Source of the DNA: Eledone cirrhosa
Taxonomy: Eukaryota
DNA: 64,000 bases
Assembly (NCBI GenBank): GCA_964016885.1
Contig: OZ024741.1
Coordinates: 302,498,001-302,562,000 of the forward strand
Direction of reading: 5' to 3'
The notes beneath the pieces were generated by a model. The model worked only from the letters and a program-made list of their open reading frames with translations. It did not search any database and was not told where the DNA came from. The position numbers were made by a program, and so were the translations under genes. Shown here piece by piece: positions 14,326 to 27,863 of the stretch. How positions within the stretch are numbered: the first letter of the stretch is position 1; every line of letters begins with the position of its first letter.

Positions 14326-14410
14326 AACCAATCAAAATACACAATAGTAACAACCTGACGTGGCATATAAAACGCCATCTTCTTTTTCGTTTTTGTCCGC
14401 CATCTTGGTA
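14326..14410 (+). promoter_or_regulatory. Probable ARF1 core promoter / start of non-coding first exon
   Basis: CCAAT (14328-14332), TGACGTGG (14356-14363), TATAAAA (14366-14372) and two YY1-like CGCCATCTT motifs (14373, 14398) in a CpG-retaining, TE-poor stretch; ARF1 coding exon 1 has an acceptor upstream of its ATG, so an upstream UTR exon is required. Confidence 0.6.
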
Positions 14411-17400
14411 CGGTTCTGCAGACAGCCAGAATCGCTTTCAAACATTTGGTCCGTCTACACTACTGCGGCAGATAAACACTTTCACCGCATCATCTTTAAT
14501 AAGGTTTTATTTGTTTACTTTCTTTTATTGAGTTCTTTTTCTTTTATATTTACAAAATTTAATCTGTTGTCAAATCGTGTTTCTTAAATGGGAGGGTTTT
14601 TATTTTATATTAATCTATTATAGTATTCATACATATGTGTGTGTAGCTTTTATCATTTCCACTTTGAAATACATACAAAATGGAGGGCGTTTCTAATTGT
14701 AAAGATATTTATATATATATATTATCACGAGTATTGTTTGTATGTATTCCAAATATTGCTATTAATTAATATTATTGCTTTATCTTTAATCATTATCCTC
14801 ATTGTAATTGTTTCTGGTCCACTTTAAAAGCTATAGAACCTGAAATACACCCCCCCCCCGTTTTGAATTTAAAAAAAAATATTTTATTGTACTAAAGATT
14901 CTGGTCCATAATACATACAATACAATTTTGACATATTAAGCCAAGGTCTGATCGCCAACATGTTCATGTTATTATTGTAGCTATAAAAGACAATCTTTCT
15001 TATTAAGCTCTAATACATCGCCGAAGTCTAGGCCTTCTGGTTTGCGTGTGCCAGCCACGTTTCCTCGCAGTAACATCTGTTAAAAACTATCTCCATGTCC
15101 TCATCAACAGCAAATTGAGCATTTTAGTCTGAAAAAAAAAAAAAAGAAACAGTTGTTTTTCCGATTCGGAATATTATAGATCTAGCCAGTGGACTATTTG
15201 TCTTTATCAACCTGTCTCAAATATATATTTTAACATCTTGATTATTTTTTAAAATGCCTAGTACGCATTCTATTATGTATTACTTCTCTACATATACGAG
15301 TGTTAATCACATATATATGTTTTAGTTGCCAATATAAATCACCCCAAAAAGATTTTGTATCGAAGTTTGCGTTTTTTGTTAAAGCCATCAGTTCACCTGA
15401 CTGTTGCTATTTCTTCATAAGACCCTCCTGTCTAAATTCATTTGAGCATTTTGTTCACAGCTATTTGTAATTTATCTATTTCCGACTCTCTTGTGCTTAC
15501 ATTGTAGACGTCGATATTAGTGAGTATTGCGTGTACATACATATATGTATGGGTGTAATATAGAAAGAAGGGCGTGTAAAGTTGGAAACGACATCTAAAT
15601 TACTCGCTCACCTTATATCTATTTTTTGTCGCCTGGGTATCCGATCATCGTGAAAAAATTATTTAATAATCACCACTTATATATAAAGATTCTTAGTGAT
15701 AATAGCTATTAATGATTCAGATATACACTATTATATAACCAGTTTTGTGGATCAAACTCTTAATCGTGCGTGCCTGCATGTATATGAACCACAAAAGCGT
15801 TGGTTTCGGAAAAAGCTAGCGATTCAATAATCCCTTTTCATTGCCATAGGTTACAAAGCTCAGCTTGTATATGCCTTTACGGGTTTATATTTCAAATGCT
15901 CATTTACAATTTCATTACTATTGTTTGAGAGTTTGGAACCACAAAATACATCTATCTCTCCTCTTTGGTTTAGAGGCATTTGCTTTCATGAAATTAGTCA
16001 AAATAATCATTGCGAGTAATGGGACCACTACTCTAGATAAATTTCATTTTGGTATATCAAGACAAGTTCTAGTTAAAATTTCAAGGAGTTTCAGCTATCA
16101 ACAGATGTCTTTTTTGTCCAATTTTAAGATAATACTCGCAATTAACTGCAATTCAGAGCTGTGGCTTACTTTCCAGAGTGTGTTATGTCGAAATAGTATT
16201 TTAAAAGTAATTTATTAACGAAAAAAAAAATTCATATTATCATCGGTGTCCCGTAAAATGATTTTCCCCAGTTGTAATAAGTGTTCATGTTTTAATTTAA
16301 AACATCTTAATTGATAGCAGTGAAATGCAATGTTTAGTGTTTTTACGTGAAATATCTTGGTGTGGTCATTTCTTATAATGACTGTAATAATGGTGGTGCA
16401 CGCCCTCCGTATATCATCACTTATGTATGTGTGTTTTATATATGGATGGATGGACAGCACGTTGATATTAATGTTAACCTTCTAGTTTTTTAGTACTGAT
16501 TCTGTTAGTTTTGAACAGATTATATAGTGGGATTCGACATTATCGGGAAGATTTAAATCTGGGAGCGGTGGAATTGCTGGATAGTTCACATTCCTGTCAC
16601 GTGTGCATGTCTTTTTCGACTGAACATGACAGCATGACTGGGTTTTTAAGAGAAATATCTAGCGATTTCCAATTTCAAATATTATTTTAACACTTTCTTT
16701 TTCTAACCATTTTGTTAGACACTTGTGGCTCTTTTCTTCTCCTTAACGACTATTCAAATTGTATTGAAGTAAATCTATAAATCTGCTATAATTTTATAGA
16801 AAATTTTGCTCTTTCGAATTTGCATAGGTGTCGATTGCTTTTTCTGGGAAGCATTGTTTAAATTATTAGTTTAGGTGTCAACGATTTCACCGATATTGTA
16901 TTTTGTATGTATGTAAAATGACTTTCAAGTTACTAATTTAGTAGATCGAATACGTGGACAGGTAAAACACATATCCTCTTTCTCTTCGTTCTCCTTCTCC
17001 TGGCAACCTAATTATTTTAATGCTAAGCAGCTGAATTGGGATTTAATTGTGGTAATCCTTTTTAAACAAATTTTCACAAATCCGCTGTATTTTTAAAAGT
17101 AAAGGTATAAAAAAAAAAGGAAGCTGAGTGGTAGTAGGCGGTTCGGTCGTTTCCATTCCGCTGTTTCGTACATTGATGTATTCGACTTTTCAAGTTAGCT
17201 GTTTGAGTGTGTGTTCGATATCTCCGTTTTTATTATATCCGAAGTTTAATTTGATCAGTTATGGTAAGGGGTTTTTTTTTGTGTGTGAGAGAGAGAAGTT
17301 TTCCGTCTGTAACCAGGTTAAAATAAAATTTAGAATGTTGGTAAACGTTCGAAATAATGCATCATTGATTTTTTTTTTTTTTTTTTTATGCATACACTTT

Positions 17401-17816
17401 GTGTGTTTTGTGATCTACGTTCCTTTAATAATTGATATATCACGTGATGTGCTTAGTTCTCTCCCTTAAAGCTGAATGTTGAGCTGCAGCATCTATCATT
17501 CGTTGAATATGCTTTGGTATACAGATCTCTTGTTACTACTTATGACAGTTTATTTAAAGAATCGAATATAATTCTACGCACTGAAAGACTCAACACGATT
17601 CCTTCTCTATCGACAACGATCATCTTCAGAATTAAAATACTAGTTACACACGTTTGAAAAATTTTCTTCCCATTAATCCTGATCTCAACATACTACACTG
17701 TTCATAAATTTCTCGCAAAGTATTCGCCGATTGCGTTGTGATGAATTGCTCAAACCAATGAATGAACATCCAACAGCCTTGTATCAATTTATTGGAGCCT
17801 TAAAATTCAAGTCTAG

Positions 17817-17995
17817 ATAATTTTCTACTTTTGGCACAAGGCCAGCAATCATCCAGTGCATTACTGGTACTTTATTTTATCGACACCGTAAAGATGAAAG
17901 GCAAAGTTGAACTCAGAATGGAAAGGGCCGTAACTCTATGCGTCAAAGCACGGCGTCCGACCCTCTACCGATACTGCCAATCCACCGCCCTTCAA
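17817..17995 (-). mobile_element. tRNA-derived SINE nested in gypsy gag
   Basis: Reverse complement of the 43982 SINE; flanked by near-identical direct repeats ttcaagtcta(g/a)ataat (TSD). Confidence 0.75.
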
Positions 17996-19182
17996 GTCTA
18001 AATAATGCGAAATGGAGGGTAATGAACAGAACACGCAATCATTCTAAATGGATGTTTTTTTATTTCTGGAATAATGTCGACAGACTACTTAAAGCACTAG
18101 ACTTGGAAACAGCAGTATCACCTGCCAGGACATTGGACTCAAAAGGATGCTACTGTTTATAATTGAGGTACCTTTGCAAGTACTATTGTTATAAACAAGA
18201 CCAAACAGGAAACTTTTTTTCTGGGAGAATATATTCGACTGCAGGAAATGTAGAAAGGCCATATCATTAGTGTGAGAAAACACCATTATTCTTAGCTGTG
18301 CACATCACCTATAAAAACAATGCACTATTGTAAACTAGATAATGAAACGGTTTCCAACACACAAATTGCTCTGGCTGTACGTTTTTATCTTGAGACATAA
18401 AACACACTCAATCCACCCTGTAAAGTGGTAGTGTTGGTGCCATATTGGTATCACAACCAACCTATAAAACGATAGTGCTGGGGCCACAAAAAGCATTCAG
18501 ATGGACATTTCTGGCCATGGAAAATTAAGTAAACAAAAATGGAATGCATGAGCAACACATGATCATCTGACGCCTCTATCCTCATAATGTGACAACCTGT
18601 CTAACCTGTGCGAGCATAGAAAGTAGACTCGTGTACTCATACTGTGATTCATTAATCAATCAATACAAGTTTTAGTTGACAACAAATGACAATTTTATCC
18701 AAGCTGATTTTGCTGAGCAGAATAGTTTAGTTTTTAAACTATTCATAGGTAATGTTGCGTTGATAATCAACATGGGTTAATTTTCAAATTATGAGAATAT
18801 GAAAAGTTATTTGATAGTTGTTAGTCTTTCCTCAGATCTATTACTTAAACAGTTTTATATCTCAACAATCTTCAGTGACATTGAAGTTCAATAGTACTAA
18901 AGTCCTTGTATTATCAAATTTTGCTTGTCTGAAGATTACACTTGTTACACCTTTCACTAATTTAATTTAATTTAATGTGAAACCTATTGATACACTCAAA
19001 GGGAGTACAGGATGACAAGGTAAACTTCCTAATCAAAGAAGGCAGCCTAGAACTGAGTAACTCACTGAGGAAAGATCAGGTTGAAATTTAAAAAAAAGGT
19101 AATCACCAACAATGCACTCTTAGATTTCACAACCACTATCAGCACCTCTTAATACTTTTTCAGTACTTGGCATTGGCAACTT

Positions 19183-19347
19183 CACCCATTAGCATTTAAA
19201 CCGTGTTCAGCCAGAATTCTCATGGTGATGTTATGATATCGTTCTCAAAATAAATATCAATCTCATAGATTCGATATTATGTGAGATAAAGCCTTTACCG
19301 TGAAAATATAATAGTAAATATAGAGTAATGTAAATGCAAAAGGGTTA
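19183..19347. mobile_element. piggyBac-type MITE (shortened) nested in gypsy RT
   Basis: CCCATTAGCATTTAAA...AAATGCAAAAGGGTTAA termini. Confidence 0.75.
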
Positions 19348-22300
19348 ATACACACTTTATATTTTAGCCAGTTTGCTATGAAACATGCTTATCAACTATC
19401 ACTGGCAATTAAAGACTTTCTTTACATGGCTTTAAGAATGCTGTGGCATGTTTTCAATGTGTGATGAACTAAATTTAAATTGTCTTGCAGAATAACCTTA
19501 AATCTATCTAATATTTATGACATTGTAGTATGTTGTAACTATTGAAGATTATAAAAGATCTTGGCATTTGTCATATGTAGCTCTCAGCATAACTCTTTTG
19601 TAAAAGAAAATGCAGCTTTTGACAAAACAAACATCAGTTTCCTTTTTATTGTATTTAAGACTGCATAACTTTCAAATACCTTAACCAATTTGATTCCAAA
19701 CTACTCGTTTCTATGCCACAAAACTCTTTCAAAGTGTTTGTATTAACCTAAAAACCTTCCATCATAATTTTAAGAACTTAATTATTCTTCAAATTCTTGA
19801 TTATTTTCAGAATTAATTGAAAATCAGGCAGTGCCTTTAGTCAAAACATGGTAATGAACGGAATAAAGTTCTACAAAGAAATACTCATAGTATTGCTAGT
19901 TAATGAGGGCAAATGAGACATTTTTCTGATAAAGATCCACAATGAAATGCATCACTTTTCCCATTCAATAGGCTGTTACTGCTTGTATACTAAGTCTTAA
20001 CACCCTATAATAATTTAATAGAGAATATTAAAAAATATTTAATTTAAATGTTTAAAATATCTTTACTAGTGGACAGATCATAGTGAAGTGTAATTTTGGC
20101 GTAAAACTTTCAATGTTTAATGTAATGCTGTTCTATATTTTTCAAGAATGCGTTACTAATGTAGTTTAATGTGGTACAGGACAATTGAAAACTTGCATAA
20201 CTTGTACATTACTTTTGAGGGAAGCACTTTACCCTGGTAAAGCATCTAATTTACACAAAATGTTGTGAGGGGAGGGTGTCAAACTTTCTTCATATTGCTA
20301 ATATTATTTTTTATTTGGAAAAGAGAATGTGCTATGTTTTGTTTAGAATATGCTGTTCTGCTCAAATAGATTACAGATTTCTTCAATGTACTGAAGTTGA
20401 ATTGTGTCACAGGCAAAAAAATAAAATAATAAAATAAAAGCTTCCCTTTTATATTAAGGATGTTCACAAATCTTATAGATCAAGACCTTGTAAAGGCTAC
20501 TGAGACTGGAATACATCTCATAAAATTTTGTTGGACCTTGTTACAGTTGAATATTAATGTTAACTCTTTGTCTTTTCTTGTATGATCACCTTATATTTTT
20601 AGTTTGAATTCCCTATGTTATTCATAGTGATGGAGCTCTGGGACACAATTCATGTCAATAGAAGTGTAAATCTTTCTAAAACAAAATAGAACCATCCCAT
20701 GCAACCCTAAAGGAAATGGGCAATGTGAGAGAATTATCCAGATAATGTAGAAGTCACTGTGGTTACATTTAAAGTCTAGAATTTCATTGGGAAGATGTTC
20801 TTTTTAGAGTACTTCATTCAATTTGTTCTCTGCTCTCAACTTTTAACAATAACTCCCGGCTTTTTTTTTTTTTTTTAATTAAAAAAAAACATGTTCACAC
20901 ATGCAAAAGTAACCCTTAGTAGAAGCTGAACTACTGGAATGTAATAAGTTTGTGTTTAAAAAAGTAAAGGATTAATTAAGTCTTCCTTCATAATTTAAGA
21001 TGTTTGATATTTTAGTCTTAAAGAGTTGGACTCACTAATTAGTGACTTGATTTCAGATTTTAATAATACTTCAGTCTCATTTTCCATTGTATCTCTCAAG
21101 GAGAAACTTTTCGAGTAAAAGCATGAGTGAGATTGTTCTTCCAAGCTTTGCAATGCCTCTAACATTCTTTCTTATTGAAATTCGTCGTTCAGAGAACTAT
21201 CAAACTACATGAGTCACTTATTAGTGACTTTATTTAATATATAAACATAAAATGTTGTTTCCGAATGATGTTATACTATCACTAATTTTTGCAATCCCAT
21301 TATTTTTTCGTTTAAAGGGATGTGAATGTTGTGACTCGATTTTCTTTTAATAATTGATGTATTACATATTAAGCGAGTTCTCTCCCTTGAATTCCCTACT
21401 CACCAACATATGGACGCTGAGCTGGCCAGCCGCAGATAAGAGCCTCGCGAGATGGAATGACTCTTCCAGCGCATCTCCTTTACTATCCTCCAGGGAAACG
21501 CCTTCTCCATTCTGTTCGCTGGGGTTGTGGGAAGGCCAGCACGTGGGACCCCATTTGCTCACCATACGGAGAGATGGGGAGGGCGAGAGAGATGGAGGCG
21601 ATGACAGTGGGAGTTCTGCTCTTCCACGTTCGGCCCATATCTTTGTGGTTGTGTTCATTAAGCAGTTAATGAGTCAGTTTATGTATACTCATTAGTGCAC
21701 ATTATATATATATCATAGAAAGTTATTCTCTAACAATATTGTATCTTTTTAATACTTTTTCTATGGAATATATCATTCGCTGTCGAATTGTAGCATCATT
21801 TATTGAATAAATCTTTTGTCGTTATTTATATTTTCTCAATCAATACTGAGATGTTGCTACTTCTGTTTAACATTAACGCATGAAATCTTCATCTTTTGAT
21901 ACTTCAAAACTAATTTGTGAGCTATTTGAGCTTGGAACGATGAAATATCAAACTGTTGATGGTGAAACACCTATCTAATAATTGTCAGATTATTTTAAAG
22001 ACGTCCAAGATCAGTCCCACTAGAGTTGGTTTTATTTCGTTTTAAGGGTTTGAATTATCAGTAAGATGTGTTATGCGAGTCTTTCGGAGAAAATAGTTGT
22101 CAAAAAAGGTGTTGTTTTAAATTTATATTCTGATATCTGTAAAAGCTCAAACCATACTCTTCTCAAATCTCTTCCTATGTATAAAAATGTTATTTAAATG
22201 CTTTCTTTTATGTAAGGGATCAGTTAGTGATATGGAAAAGTATTAGTCTGTAAAATGTAAGCAGTCATATTTCACATTTGCCTATTTTGTTAAACTGCTT

Positions 22301-24488
22301 TTTAAAATAACAGCTCATAGATATTGACTCTCTTGACATGATTTATGCAAAAATAAAATCAGAAACTATGAACACTTTAGGATTGTGTTCTTTCTTTTCT
22401 AATCCTATATTATTCTTCTACATGTTTTTTTTATGCAACACATTGGAAATTTTTTTAAACACGCCTCATAGTTTAATAATGTGCATACAAACTAATATTG
22501 AACATTTTGATAACTTTAAAATTTAATATTACATCTGACTTAAACAAATCGATATGAAAGTTGTGAGAGGTAATTTATCCTGTTTAGATCAGACTAGAAT
22601 TTACTATGAAAATCCATGAAGTGAATACTTTATCATAGTTCTTAGCAAAATTTGCTAACTGAATTTCTTGACTTAAAAGTGAAATGATGCATATTCAAAT
22701 GTTAGCTGCAAATACAAAATAAGAGAATTGTTAGTTCATATAAACATACTTGATAGTCTGTTGCAGGAAATATTTCATGTACATTTCTCCTGATCTTTTA
22801 ACTCTGGTTCATCTCGGCTTATATCTATCAACATAAATTATTAGTACGCGAGTTTCTTATTCTTTGTGTATCCTCTCTACTAGAATATTCTTTATCAGGT
22901 AGGGTGGTACATTTTATTTTTCGATCACTTAGATTCAGAATATGCAGCCTGTTTAAATTTTGTTATTAAATATTTTCCAATTTTTTTCTCTGCTAGTATT
23001 TATTTATCTAAAAAGAAAAAAAAATTACACTTCCATTAGAATTTTGTTAATTATATTGAATTTATCCAAATTCTTGATTATTTTCAAAATTAATTGAAAA
23101 TCATAGACAGTGGCTTTTACTAGAATTATGGGAATAAAGGGGTTAATCCCTCTACAAATACATTTTGCAGTTGTATAGGATTTCATTGCATAGTTTATAG
23201 TTGATGGTATTTTTATTTACTAATTTTTACAATCTGTAAAGTTAAGTTATTGCTAATATTAATGAACAACTTCTCTTCACAACCAAAACAAATGTGATAA
23301 AAAAAAAAACTATCAATTACAATACCTTATTATAGAATTTGTCTAGTATATAAATCCCCCTTCCCTCTCCCCCCACACACACACCTTATTTTCAGTCACC
23401 ATTATCCTTCTAAACTGATATTTTCATTTTGTAACTATCTGGTTTACTCCTTCACCCACTTATTCCTAGAAAGGTCTTGGGCGAAGAGTCCTCAAACACA
23501 CGTAGTGTCCTAACAGAAGCAACCATCACAAATGGATCTGGCTGGATTCCCAAGTGAGACCAACCAAGGTCATGGATGTTATCCAACCATCTTGCTTGGG
23601 GTCTACTCTTGAATCTCTTGTTGGTTGGTTTTACTCATAAAATCCGTCCAGCAATTCTTTCCTGAGACATTCTAACCACGTCTGTAGTATTGGAGATGTA
23701 GCGGCTCTACCTGGAGTGACCCTACTTGTAAATCTAAATTGACAGCTGAGTTCATCTGATGTGGATTTCAATAAAAAGTGAAATATTCTATATTTCTATA
23801 TTACTCTTGATTACTTTTAGCTTTGTTCTAGCAATTTTCTGTAATGAAACCTGTTTTAACTACTTAAATATAACTTTTTGAACCATTTGTCACTTTACCA
23901 TGTCAGTATGAAGTAATTGGGTTTAGAAAATAGTTTCTCTATTGGTCATTAGCACTTGTTTTTTTGGTTTTTTTTTGAAATTCCTATTAGAACTCTGCTG
24001 TTGATTTTATGTGCATATATGTATATATAATATTTATTAAAGATGAATTCTCATTTTCTATTTAAAATGTATATTTTGCTTAGCTTTTGATGCATTTCAT
24101 CAATGGTTGTTTTATAGAAAGTAATAGTTGTCTCCATATCAGCTCTGAATCTACAAACATGTCTAAAGGCATTCTACCTGTAACTATTTTGTCTTTATTT
24201 CAATCAGTGTATCTAGAAGGATTATCAAATATCTTTTTTAAAGATGAGTAGTGTATGGTTTCAAGGGCATTTGGTTAATTCAACTATAATGTTCCTCTAC
24301 ATACCCACATCCAATCTTTTTTTTTTTATTTTTTTATTTTTGTAAGATATGTATTTTTCTGTTAATGTAGAAAGTTCTATTAATCTTTGTATTGAATTAT
24401 CTTTTTAAATAAATTAACAATGTATTTTGTTGATAGATCCTGCATTTGCCATTTTACATCTAATGTTCTTTCTCTCCTTTTAGGTTAA

Positions 24489-24656
<168 letters not shown>

Positions 24657-24678
24657 TAATTTATCAAGGAGTATTTGA

Positions 24679-24903
<225 letters not shown>

Positions 24904-25026
24904 TAGCTCTAAAATGCTATTTTAAATGTTAGCTCAGTCATATTAAGGGGTATTCAAGGGTTTTGTTAACTTGAAAATACTTTTCCATAAACATAATTGT
25001 CACAATGGGATGTAACTGTTAGATAA

Positions 25027-26978
25027 CACTGGTCAACAAGTATTTTTCATCAAGCATATGTCAAGGTGTACTTGGTGTAGTTTTTAATGCTGATTTCAAA
25101 TATACAATTAGTTTTTTGACATCGTGTACAGTTTTCAAGATGAGAAAGTTTTTGGTTTTAGCTCATGCATTTTATAGAAATTCCAATTAATGACGTGTAT
25201 GCATGTATTTCATTTACATCATGGAAACATACCTTTAGAATAAACTACATTATTCATTTCTGCATAGTTCAGATGCAATATTTCATCATCTTAAATTAAC
25301 CAATCAAGTTTTGTCTGATGAAATAGGTATTTCAACATCTCAAATTGTCCAGTCATAATTGGTCTGATGAAATATTTCATCATCTCAAATTCAATATAAG
25401 TATAACCGTTTGTATCTATTTCCTTACTTGTTTAGTGTTAACAATGTCAAGACTGTAATTGTCTTGATATGTTTTGTTATGTCTGTGGACAATTTATTGT
25501 GAAAGCTCAAAAACGTACAATAACACCAGAGATCAAGAAGATTTATAAGCTATACTTTGACTGTCCTCTTGGAGATCAGGACAAGTTATGGGCACCACAT
25601 TTTATTTGCTCAGCTTGCTCAAATGGCTTACGTGGCTGGTTCAATAAGAAGTCCATGTCTTTTGCCATTCCAATGATATGGAGGGAGCTGAAATACCATT
25701 TTAATGACTTATTTTTGCAAAGTAAATGTCACAGGATTTTCTATGAAGAATAAACACAATTGTGTATCCTAATTTGGATCCTGCAATGAGGCTTTTGCAG
25801 TAACATTGGACTTTTCAAATGTTTATCACAAAATCATGATCCTGCAGAGTGGCATTTGTTTATTGACTCTTCAAAACGAAGGTTAAAAGCTTTACTTCTC
25901 TATAATGGTAATTTGAAGCCCTCCATTCCTATTGCACACTCCATTCATCTTCATGAATCATATGAGAATATGGAACTTTTACTTCATGCCATTGTCTATG
26001 AAAGATACTCATGGAAATTGTGGAAATTTAAGTCATTGGAATGTTAATGGGAATGCAGTCAGGTTTCACAAAATACTGTTTCTTGTGTCTATGGTATAGT
26101 CGGGCAACTGACAGGCATTATTCGGAATCAAACTGGCAGATAACATCATACCAGCCAGGACTGTCTAGCGTCAAGAATGCACCTCTTGTAGATCCATGTA
26201 ATGTCTTATTGCCTCCTTTGCACATAAAACTTGGACTGATGAAACAGTTTGTAAAGACACTAGGGAAGAGAAATGCCAGAAGGTTTGAGCATATTGTAAA
26301 GTTTCCCAAAATCACACAGGCGAAGTTGAAAGAGGGTATCTTTGTCGGACCCCAAATTAGAGAAATACTCAAAAGATGTCAACCCCAAGACAACACTGGA
26401 TGAACTGGAACTGCCTTGCCTGGAATGCTTTCTATTGGATCAGTGAGAATTTCTTGGTCAACAAGAAGGCAATGGACTACATGGATGGCATCAAGAATCT
26501 TCTGAAATGTTTCTCAGCAAGGGGTTGTCGCATGTCACTGAAAGTTCACTTCTTGGTCTCCCATCTGGATTCCTTCACAGATAACCTTGGAGCAGTGTCT
26601 GATGAACATGGTGAAAGATTTCACTTAGTGTTATGGAGATCAGGAACACTGCAGAAAATCCATATCATAATGTTTTGTAACTCTGTTAGTCTAACTTTGT
26701 CTGTTTTGTCTGACCCATTTTTTTGTGTATTCACTCCTTGTAGAATGATAGTGATGATTTTTAACTCAATAAACTTATTTACTTTCTAAAAATATGTCCT
26801 TATTTATTACGTTAATGGTTTCATATATACAAATATGTAAATAATTGCATGTATCTACTGAAAAACTGATATGTGCTGCATACAAATGGAGTGAAATATT
26901 GAAATCGGCATGAAAAATTAGTCTTAAAAAGTTGGTTTGCGTTCATGAGTATAATACATTTAATTTTGTTGACCAGTG
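25027..26978 (+). mobile_element. Chapaev3-type (CMC superfamily) DNA transposon with frameshifted transposase, inside an ARF1 intron
   Basis: TIR CACTGGTCAACAA / TTGTTGACCAGTG, 3-bp TSD TAA on both sides; motifs FCYVCG..GDQDKLWAPH, FIDSSKR, PPLHIKLG, MSLKVHFL, VSDEHGERFH spread over several frames. Confidence 0.85.
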
Positions 26979-27738
26979 TAATTGAAATATAGATAAGATT
27001 TCTAATAGCCTAGTTCTTGAATATGTATTGGACAAATTTAGGTAAATTTGTTTTATATTTCATAGACGCTACATGTACCTTTTAAGTTTCTGTGGATGTG
27101 GCTTAGTAGATTTAATTAATGTAATAGTATTTTAGATTTATGTAAGTGGAATTAAAAACAAACCCTTTTTATTTATTCATCTATAACCAAACAGTGGAAT
27201 TCTTTTTGTATCTGTGCTTTTTTAGTACCAGGAGTTGCAACAAATGAATAGTTTCAACAATGGAAACAGTTTCCATGGTCTGATCTAGAAAATTGGGTTT
27301 TACCTTTTTTTTTCCTTTTTTAATTTTGCATTAAACTTAGATAACCACATGAAATGTCGTTCAATTGTATTTGCTTACTGATTCATTTTAAGTTTCCTTT
27401 TGTATAAAAAAAAATTGTTTACACTGACTTTAATCCTTTTATATTTGTGCTGTTAAATTGTTGTAATCAGTTTTTTTTTTTGGGGGGGGGTTCTGATAAA
27501 CTGAAGAGTCTGGCTTTGTAAGCTATTTAAAACTTTTTTTTTTTTGTGTATGACATCAAATATTAAAGATAGGTTTTTGTAATGATTAGTGGAAATGGCA
27601 GGATTGTTCACGTAAATACTATAAAGCATGTATCATAGAATCACCATTAGAATTATTAAAAGCTAAGCCAGAAAATTTTTTTTAACCAAAATAAAAAAAT
27701 TCACACATCTAATGGTATTTTTTCTGAATTGTTTCCAG

Positions 27739-27863
27739 GGTTAATTTTTGTTGTGGATAGCAATGATAGAGAAAGAATTCAAGAGGCCAGTGAAGAATTA
27801 GCTCGAATGTGTAATGAAGATGAACTGAGGGATGCGGTGATACTTGTTTTTGCTAATAAACAG
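27739..27863 (+). CDS. ARF1: ARF1 coding exon 3 ([41 protein letters not shown])
   Basis: Manual translation (absent from the ORF track); ttccag acceptor, gtaaat donor; 125 nt; begins the NKQD motif. Confidence 0.96.

Larger units (their letters stand above)
17404..21800 (+). mobile_element. Old full-length Ty3/gypsy provirus in the presumed ARF1 5'UTR intron
   Basis: Homologous LTR starts at 17404 and 21327 (ttaataattgat..agttctctccctt); PBS-like TGGTATACAGA at 17515; PPT-like TTTAAAGGGATGTGAA before 21327; ordered decayed gag (LRTERLNT; RLLKALDLETA), protease (NFIQADFA), RT (LIKEGSLELSNS; NAVACFQCVMN) and integrase (NPKGNGQCER) pieces; right boundary approximate. Confidence 0.7.

Noticed and set aside
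21354-21695. Overlapping 70-113 aa ORFs in the GC-rich island
   Set aside because: Expected by chance at higher GC; no protein motifs or convincing splice pairs; lies within LTR sequence
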